Source: a virus (taxonomy: Duplodnaviria > Caudoviricetes). From it: a DNA stretch of 48,929 nt. Each line of letters begins with the position of its first letter. The stretch's first letter is position 1. The notes under the pieces were generated by a model. The model was not told the DNA's origin. It worked only from the letters and a program-made list of their open reading frames with translations, and did no database searches. Below are positions 43,855 to 48,929 of this stretch, in pieces. The stretch is from IMG/VR virus record IMGVR_UViG_3300025534_000013, positions 1-48,929 of that record, one strand, 5' to 3'. A program made the translations under genes and the position numbers.

Positions 43855-43884
43855 TTGACATACTAAAGACCTATATTTTATTAT
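43855..43884 (+). promoter_or_regulatory. sigma-A-like promoter
   Basis: TTGACA, 18 bp, TATTAT (TATAAT overlapping just downstream). Confidence 0.55.
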
Positions 43885-43949
43885 AATAATAGTAACTATG
43901 ATAACTATTGTTACCACTTTCCAAGCAAGGAAGTGCGAGGTGTATTATT

Positions 43950-44135
43950 GTGGCTCAAAACAAAAATTTTAAAAAATTTCCTATCAGATTAGATCGATCT
44001 TTTTCAGAGGAGGTCGATAAGTGCGTTTTCTATACTAAAAGCCCCTCAAAGCATCAATACATTCTCGACGCAATAAAAGAAAAAGTGGAGCGAGACAAAG
44101 CAAAACTTAAAGAACAACAAATTATTTTGAGGTGA
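43950..44135 (+). CDS. small ribbon-helix-helix-like DNA-binding protein
   Basis: GAGGTG RBS, GTG 43950; KKFPIRLD...SK..YI.DAI.EK pattern. Confidence 0.6.
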   Translation: MAQNKNFKKFPIRLDRSFSEEVDKCVFYTKSPSKHQYILDAIKEKVERDKAKLKEQQIILR

Positions 44136-44142
44136 TATTTTT

Positions 44143-44973
44143 ATGGATTACGCGATGAACAACTTGTTTGATTATTACAACCAAAAGTATCCTTTGCCTA
44201 AAAATGATGTTGAAGCGATAAATACAATTATTCGGGTCTATCAAACAGAGATAGGAGATTATAATGAAAAAATTGGCGAAGGTATCGGGGAAATCTATAG
44301 GGAGCTTCTAGGCAAAGGTCAGCCTGCATATTACTGGTTTCTTGAAGCAATCCATAGAACTTCGAAGAAAAAAGAAGAAAAACGATCTTTCGGGTATATT
44401 GTTGGCACCTTAAGAAACTGGTCCCTATATGGATTTGGAAACACTTTGACCGGAGAAGAAGAAGAAGTATATGATTTTTTCATGGAGGTCACTGGCACAC
44501 AATTAACGAGTGAATCGAGAAAAGTTATAAGTCATTTGATGGGTACATATGGGGCACTAAAGCTAATGCGGTCAATAGCTGCATTGAGAGAAGTTGACGC
44601 ATCCCTTATGTATGCCGAACTTCTAAGACGTGTTACGGCTGAGAAATATAACGAAAACCTGGGCTTGGGCAAGCCGAAAAGAATCAACTACATCACCCCA
44701 CTAAACGGACTTCCTAATCCTAATAGGAACGTTAGAAAATACAATCGCTCTACAGGCGATGAATTAAAACAATTAATTCATCATGTAGAAGAATACTTGA
44801 AAACCAATGGAATTAGTACTCCTACAGATATCGTCAATTATTTAAACGCCAATGGTTTTAACAAATTTACGCAAAAAAATATTTCAAGCTATCTTGTAAC
44901 AGTAATGAAAAAAACGAATAAAGTGGTGAAGGTCACAACAGGACAATATGCCTATGTAGAAGGTGACGAGTAG
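44143..44973 (+). CDS. hypothetical protein with DnaD-like segment and C-terminal HTH-like region
   Basis: EAI......RSFGYIVGTLRNW resembles the DnaD YI..IL.NW motif. Confidence 0.6.
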   Translation: MDYAMNNLFDYYNQKYPLPKNDVEAINTIIRVYQTEIGDYNEKIGEGIGEIYRELLGKGQPAYYWFLEAIHRTSKKKEEKRSFGYIVGTLRNWSLYGFGNTLTGEEEEVYDFFMEVTGTQLTSESRKVISHLMGTYGALKLMRSIAALREVDASLMYAELLRRVTAEKYNENLGLGKPKRINYITPLNGLPNPNRNVRKYNRSTGDELKQLIHHVEEYLKTNGISTPTDIVNYLNANGFNKFTQKNISSYLVTVMKKTNKVVKVTTGQYAYVEGDE

Positions 44974-45214
44974 ATGTTGCAATGTCTATATTGCGGCAAC
45001 AAATATTTATATCATTATAAAGAATGGCTAATTTATGAGAAAAAAAATATCTGTTGATGGGAAAATATCAAAAAGATCATTTTCCAGAAGTATAGAAGAA
45101 GGTAACGCTGAACTTTCCGAGTGTATTGTGTGCTCAAATTGCGGAAAACATCATTTGTTTAGTCAATCAGATGAAGGATATATTACTTCCTTAACGAAAT
45201 ACGATCAACAATGA
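44974..45214 (+). pseudogene. zinc-ribbon gene frameshifted at an A8 run
   Basis: CLYC in one frame and CSNC in the next; removing one A from 45040-45047 gives a continuous ORF. Confidence 0.6.
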
Positions 45215-45234
45215 TAAATGATAGGAGGTTAAAC

Positions 45235-45867
45235 ATGGAGCATGCCGAAATTTTCGAGATAAAAGTCGGCGAAAAGATGCCAGTATTTCAAAAGAGTCTC
45301 GAAAAAATGAAAGGACGAGACGGCGCGGTCTTTGAGGCAAGCGAGTTTAATCAAGGGTATAACTTCTTTATTCATCTTGCAAATATTTCGTTTATGGAAA
45401 AACACATATTTCAGACGGAAAGAGTTCATATGCGAGTTCTTCAGGGTAGCGATGGTTTAGTTCTTCCGATGATGCAATTCGGAAAAACCGGATTAATGTT
45501 TGAAATATTATTCGATCCAACTCTCTATGATGATAATCGAAGCTTACAATTTACAAACCGAAGCAACATACTCACCATGATTTTGATTGAAAGCACCAAT
45601 GGTATCGTCAAAGCTATTCGACAATGCAATCTACCTTTGAAAATGATTCAAATTTGTAAAGAAGCTTGGGCAAAAGCAATACTTGACCCTGAATACAGAA
45701 AGAAGCATAACGAATGGGCCGAAAAGATTTCAAGATATCCTCTACAAACTCTTTGGAGTAGGGCCACCAAAGTAGGAGAATTGGGCGAATCATATAATCT
45801 TGAAGACATAAAGATTCCAAATCAATACAAGCCAAATAAAAACATCCTATGGGGGCGTAAAATATGA
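45235..45867 (+). CDS. hypothetical protein
   Basis: AGGAGG RBS, ATG 45235. Confidence 0.8.
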   Translation: MEHAEIFEIKVGEKMPVFQKSLEKMKGRDGAVFEASEFNQGYNFFIHLANISFMEKHIFQTERVHMRVLQGSDGLVLPMMQFGKTGLMFEILFDPTLYDDNRSLQFTNRSNILTMILIESTNGIVKAIRQCNLPLKMIQICKEAWAKAILDPEYRKKHNEWAEKISRYPLQTLWSRATKVGELGESYNLEDIKIPNQYKPNKNILWGRKI

Positions 45868-46661
45868 GTCGTAATCAACCTTGCTTTTGCGGAAGCGGTC
45901 TAAAAACAAAAAAGTGTCATCCTGACATCGAATCTAATAGCGCATTCGCCAATCTCATCCGCCTCTACAAAGACGTAGACACGGCAATTGCTGATAAAGC
46001 GGGATCGGTCAAGTGTCGCAAAGGATGCTACTTTTGTTGTCACGAACATTTTAATATCAGCCCAATAGAGTTTTATTACATTATGTACAATATCTATAAA
46101 CGAGACGGTATGGATAAAGTTCTCGAATTGACTGAGAAAGGATACAAATTTTGGAATGACTTTAAAGCGAAGTATCCCGAGGATGCAGCTAATCTCGAAG
46201 CAAACGCGACAGGCAGAAACTTTCACGAAAAAGGCGCAGCCAGACTGTTCATGGGCATCGAGGATGACAGGAAGAGATTCAGCGAAACTCCCTGCATCTT
46301 TTTAGACGATGAGACAAAGTCATGTAGCATTTATGAGTTCAGGCCATTCATCTGCCGAGTCTTTGGTGTTGGCTATACAATCAAAATGGATATTCCTTTC
46401 GGCTTGTGTGAGTTGATTCAAGATGGCCTCGAATATCAAAAGGAAATGGTCGATCTGACCGATTATCGTGACCGTGAAGTTTCTCTTACCGTCGTACCTG
46501 TCAAGGATTTCGGCGTAGTGCTTGAGCGTGGATATCCATTCTTTTATTTCTTTAAAATTCAATATGGTAAGATCGATGTCACCTTGAAAAAGATTGATGA
46601 ATACAAAAAGTTTTCGCATTCGGAAGTAATTTCCATGAAGATTCAACGAATGCTTAAGTGA
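45864..46661 (+). CDS. SEC-C motif + YkgJ-family (CxxCxxCC) cysteine-cluster protein
   Basis: RNQPCFCGSG.K.KKCH; CRKGCYFCC; CIFL....CSIYEFRPFICR. Confidence 0.88.
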   Translation: MSRNQPCFCGSGLKTKKCHPDIESNSAFANLIRLYKDVDTAIADKAGSVKCRKGCYFCCHEHFNISPIEFYYIMYNIYKRDGMDKVLELTEKGYKFWNDFKAKYPEDAANLEANATGRNFHEKGAARLFMGIEDDRKRFSETPCIFLDDETKSCSIYEFRPFICRVFGVGYTIKMDIPFGLCELIQDGLEYQKEMVDLTDYRDREVSLTVVPVKDFGVVLERGYPFFYFFKIQYGKIDVTLKKIDEYKKFSHSEVISMKIQRMLK

Positions 46662-46730
46662 AGTGCTATCAGAAGTTTATCCATATATTTTCACAAAAGC
46701 CGTCTTTTGTACAAATGTATATAAAAATAA

Positions 46731-46766
46731 AAAAGCGGTAGCAACCAAAAAATTGCTACCGCTTTT
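46731..46766. terminator. bidirectional terminator between converging arms
   Basis: AAAAGCGGTAGCAA/TTGCTACCGCTTTT. Confidence 0.85.
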
Positions 46767-46768
46767 GA

Positions 46769-47038
46769 TTATTTCTTTTCGTTGCCTTCGTCTTTCCCTG
46801 TCAGAAGATCGATAACAACACCAATCGTTGATTCTACAATCTCAGCGATTAACTTAGAATCAACTTTATTCTTGATCGACGCCGGAAGCTTATTGTAAAT
46901 TCCTTGTACAATATACGGCTCATTCTTTCGAAGAGATTCGACTAGAGCGTCTACAATCGTCTCTTTTACTTTATTCGGTTTCTTAAAGAAGTAAATTGCA
47001 ATAATCGCCAGAACCAACAGAACAACAAGATATTCCAT
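46769..47038 (-). CDS. small membrane-anchored protein (possible holin or lysis accessory)
   Basis: GGAGGTG RBS; N-terminal transmembrane segment; downstream of the amidase. Confidence 0.7.
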   Translation of the reverse strand: MEYLVVLLVLAIIAIYFFKKPNKVKETIVDALVESLRKNEPYIVQGIYNKLPASIKNKVDSKLIAEIVESTIGVVIDLLTGKDEGNEKK

Positions 47039-47072
47039 CTTATAAGCACCTCCTCATAATGTCGGCCAATTG

Positions 47073-47435
47073 TTACAGAATAACTTCTGTCGTTCCAGTG
47101 AAGCTATCCTGTTTGGCTTTGAGTTCTGTAATTGCGTCCTGAATACGTGACACCACCGTATCTACAAATGCATTGGCTACCTTTTCCGCGTCGACTCCAT
47201 ATTGCGCCTGAGTAAACACTTTGGTCACGGGGAAATCTCCCGGAAGGTATTTGAACATGTCGCCGAGTGTAGCTACTGGAGCTTCCTCCCCCTCTAAGAT
47301 CAATTGCCCGCCAATATTGATTGACACTTGACCAAAATCATTAAACAGTTCAGTTTCGGATTCTTGGATGTCATCAATAGTGAGAGTTACTTCATAATTG
47401 TTATTAGCCAACTTCTTGTCGATTACAAGCTTCAT
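47073..47435 (-). CDS. hypothetical protein
   Basis: AGGGGTG RBS, 120 aa. Confidence 0.8.
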   Translation of the reverse strand: MKLVIDKKLANNNYEVTLTIDDIQESETELFNDFGQVSINIGGQLILEGEEAPVATLGDMFKYLPGDFPVTKVFTQAQYGVDAEKVANAFVDTVVSRIQDAITELKAKQDSFTGTTEVIL

Positions 47436-47451
47436 GATTCAACACCCCTTA

Positions 47452-47685
47452 CTATTTCATTTGCGAAAGAAGCTTTTGCAACACCTGTACGTAATCCCTT
47501 AATTCTGACTTAGTGAATTTTTGCGTAACAACAAATGAGATAGTATCGTCAATAGTGTCCATCTGAACCTTTTCAATATCGTCTTCAACAATAACCTTCA
47601 TTAATTTTCGCTGATCCGCATTGATTGGAAGCTCCACTTCGTTAATGACTTCGTTGTAATCAGAGTATTTAACGATGACTTGCAT
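47452..47685 (-). CDS. hypothetical protein
   Basis: GGAGGTG RBS, 77 aa. Confidence 0.78.
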   Translation of the reverse strand: MQVIVKYSDYNEVINEVELPINADQRKLMKVIVEDDIEKVQMDTIDDTISFVVTQKFTKSELRDYVQVLQKLLSQMK

Positions 47686-47700
47686 AAATCATTCACCTCC

Positions 47701-47934
47701 TTACAGGTTTCTGAGAAGCAAGTACAGCTTGGACACCAGCCCTTTATTCGTTTTCCAACATTCTCCTACAGACTCGTAAATCTCCACTCCTTCTCCGCTT
47801 TCGACAACGCCATCAATAGTGCAGGTAGCAATACCATACATAATTGGAGTAGGCCGCGATTCCTTCTTTTCTTTTTCGTCAGCAGATCGAGCATCATTTT
47901 GCTCGACCTGCTGGTTTACGCGCTTTCTCGCCAT
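47701..47934 (-). CDS. hypothetical protein
   Basis: AGGAGG RBS, 77 aa. Confidence 0.75.
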   Translation of the reverse strand: MARKRVNQQVEQNDARSADEKEKKESRPTPIMYGIATCTIDGVVESGEGVEIYESVGECWKTNKGLVSKLYLLLRNL

Positions 47935-47951
47935 GTGAATCCTCCTTTCTT

Positions 47952-48740
47952 TTATTTCTGTGTTCTACTCATAATTGCAAGGTTAAGAACAGCAAGCTCT
48001 CCTGCTGACAGGCTCCCTTTGTTTACTTTCTCAATCCAATATTCTGGACTGCTAATAACAGGAGAACCATCGACGACAACCTTGCTGTATTTGTTTACAG
48101 CATTGATAATGACATCTTTTTGCCATTGCTCAAGCTTCATAGGAACATCATCCTCACTTTCATTAGCATTTGTACATTCGGCTAACTCATTTACAACATC
48201 TTGAATGAACTGTTCTTTGCTGATACCCATGACCTTCAGAGCATTTTTAAAGGGGTCTGTTTTTCTTTGTGGATCAAGTTCATTATGACCAATGATATGT
48301 TTCTTGGGGTCAAGATTAAATCTGTAACACAAATAAGCATGATACCAAACATAGCGTTTATATGCTTCTTTGTTGTTGATGTTACCTTTTTTATTTGAAT
48401 AACAAAGTTCAACACCAATAGCGATATCGTTAGCGTCATCTCCAAACAATTCGTTATCTAAAGTTTTCTCATACAGAACATGCCATGCCTTTTCTGGTTT
48501 TCCCGTTGTGGCTGGAATACATTCGATAATTTTCTTGTCGTCAATAAACGTGTGAGCCGAAGCACTCATGTCATTTGCTGAATTAGTGTAGTAATTTACA
48601 TTCCCTGATGCCGTGCTACCGTCATTGCCCGTGTCGTGAGATACGATAAACCCCACCCTTGGCATCAAAATTCCAGAACGTCTTTTCGTTCCTTTTGGCA
48701 GATACTTCGTTTCGATGTCATACTTCATCTTAAACGACAT
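47952..48740 (-). CDS. N-acetylmuramoyl-L-alanine amidase endolysin (Amidase_2)
   Basis: IVSHDTGN, SAHTFID, E.AWH, IGVELC, IIGHNELDP.RK.DP. Confidence 0.93.
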   Translation of the reverse strand: MSFKMKYDIETKYLPKGTKRRSGILMPRVGFIVSHDTGNDGSTASGNVNYYTNSANDMSASAHTFIDDKKIIECIPATTGKPEKAWHVLYEKTLDNELFGDDANDIAIGVELCYSNKKGNINNKEAYKRYVWYHAYLCYRFNLDPKKHIIGHNELDPQRKTDPFKNALKVMGISKEQFIQDVVNELAECTNANESEDDVPMKLEQWQKDVIINAVNKYSKVVVDGSPVISSPEYWIEKVNKGSLSAGELAVLNLAIMSRTQK

Positions 48741-48754
48741 ATGGCTCCCTCCCT

Positions 48755-48929
48755 TTAAGGTAATTTTCGATTTTCACCATTGTTACTTGAGCTATTTGTG
48801 TTGTCTATACTAAATGCGGAATATTTTCCTTTTCTGGGCGAGAAATGCTCAGAAATCTTAATGCCCATAAATGCACCCAACTCATATGCCAGCAACATCA
48901 ATACATTGTCAGAAATATCTCCAACGCTA
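48755..48929 (-). CDS. 3' end of a holin-like membrane protein (partial)
   Basis: Open minus frame SVGDISDNVLMLLAYELGAFMGIKISEHF...RKLP*, directly upstream of the endolysin. Confidence 0.55.
   Translation of the reverse strand, partial: SVGDISDNVLMLLAYELGAFMGIKISEHFSPRKGKYSAFSIDNTNSSSNNGENRKLP

Overview
A 48.9-kb segment of a large Bacillota (Bacillales-type) phage or prophage with SPbeta-like replication genes. The + strand (1-46661) carries two tRNAs and two candidate structured ncRNAs, many small accessory ORFs, and an RNA-repair fusion protein (kinase, phosphoesterase, ligase). It also encodes guanylate kinase, helicase, primase, RecJ, class Ib ribonucleotide reductase (nrdIEF plus a redoxin), an NAD+ salvage cluster (NAMPT, PnuC, NadR, Nudix), DNA ligase, dUTPase, ThyA, DHFR, RNase H and RusA. 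Its DnaE polymerase gene is split inside the catalytic PD-VDTD motif by a group I intron that carries a LAGLIDADG endonuclease. A converging - strand lysis module (amidase, holin-like genes) ends the window. The most interesting unexplained signals are: (i) an RNA with 7-nt-periodic ACG repeats just downstream of a coiled-coil gene; (ii) a multi-helix RNA between the tRNAs; (iii) 6-6-6 ATAAAA-N6-TTYWAT sites bracketing single small genes like cassettes; (iv) an oriented GCCAANNAAAG box at 11 gene boundaries or promoters; (v) a hidden antisense hydrophobic peptide; (vi) a half-length KptA/Tpt1. All family assignments come from motif recognition by eye; no database searches or folding programs were run.
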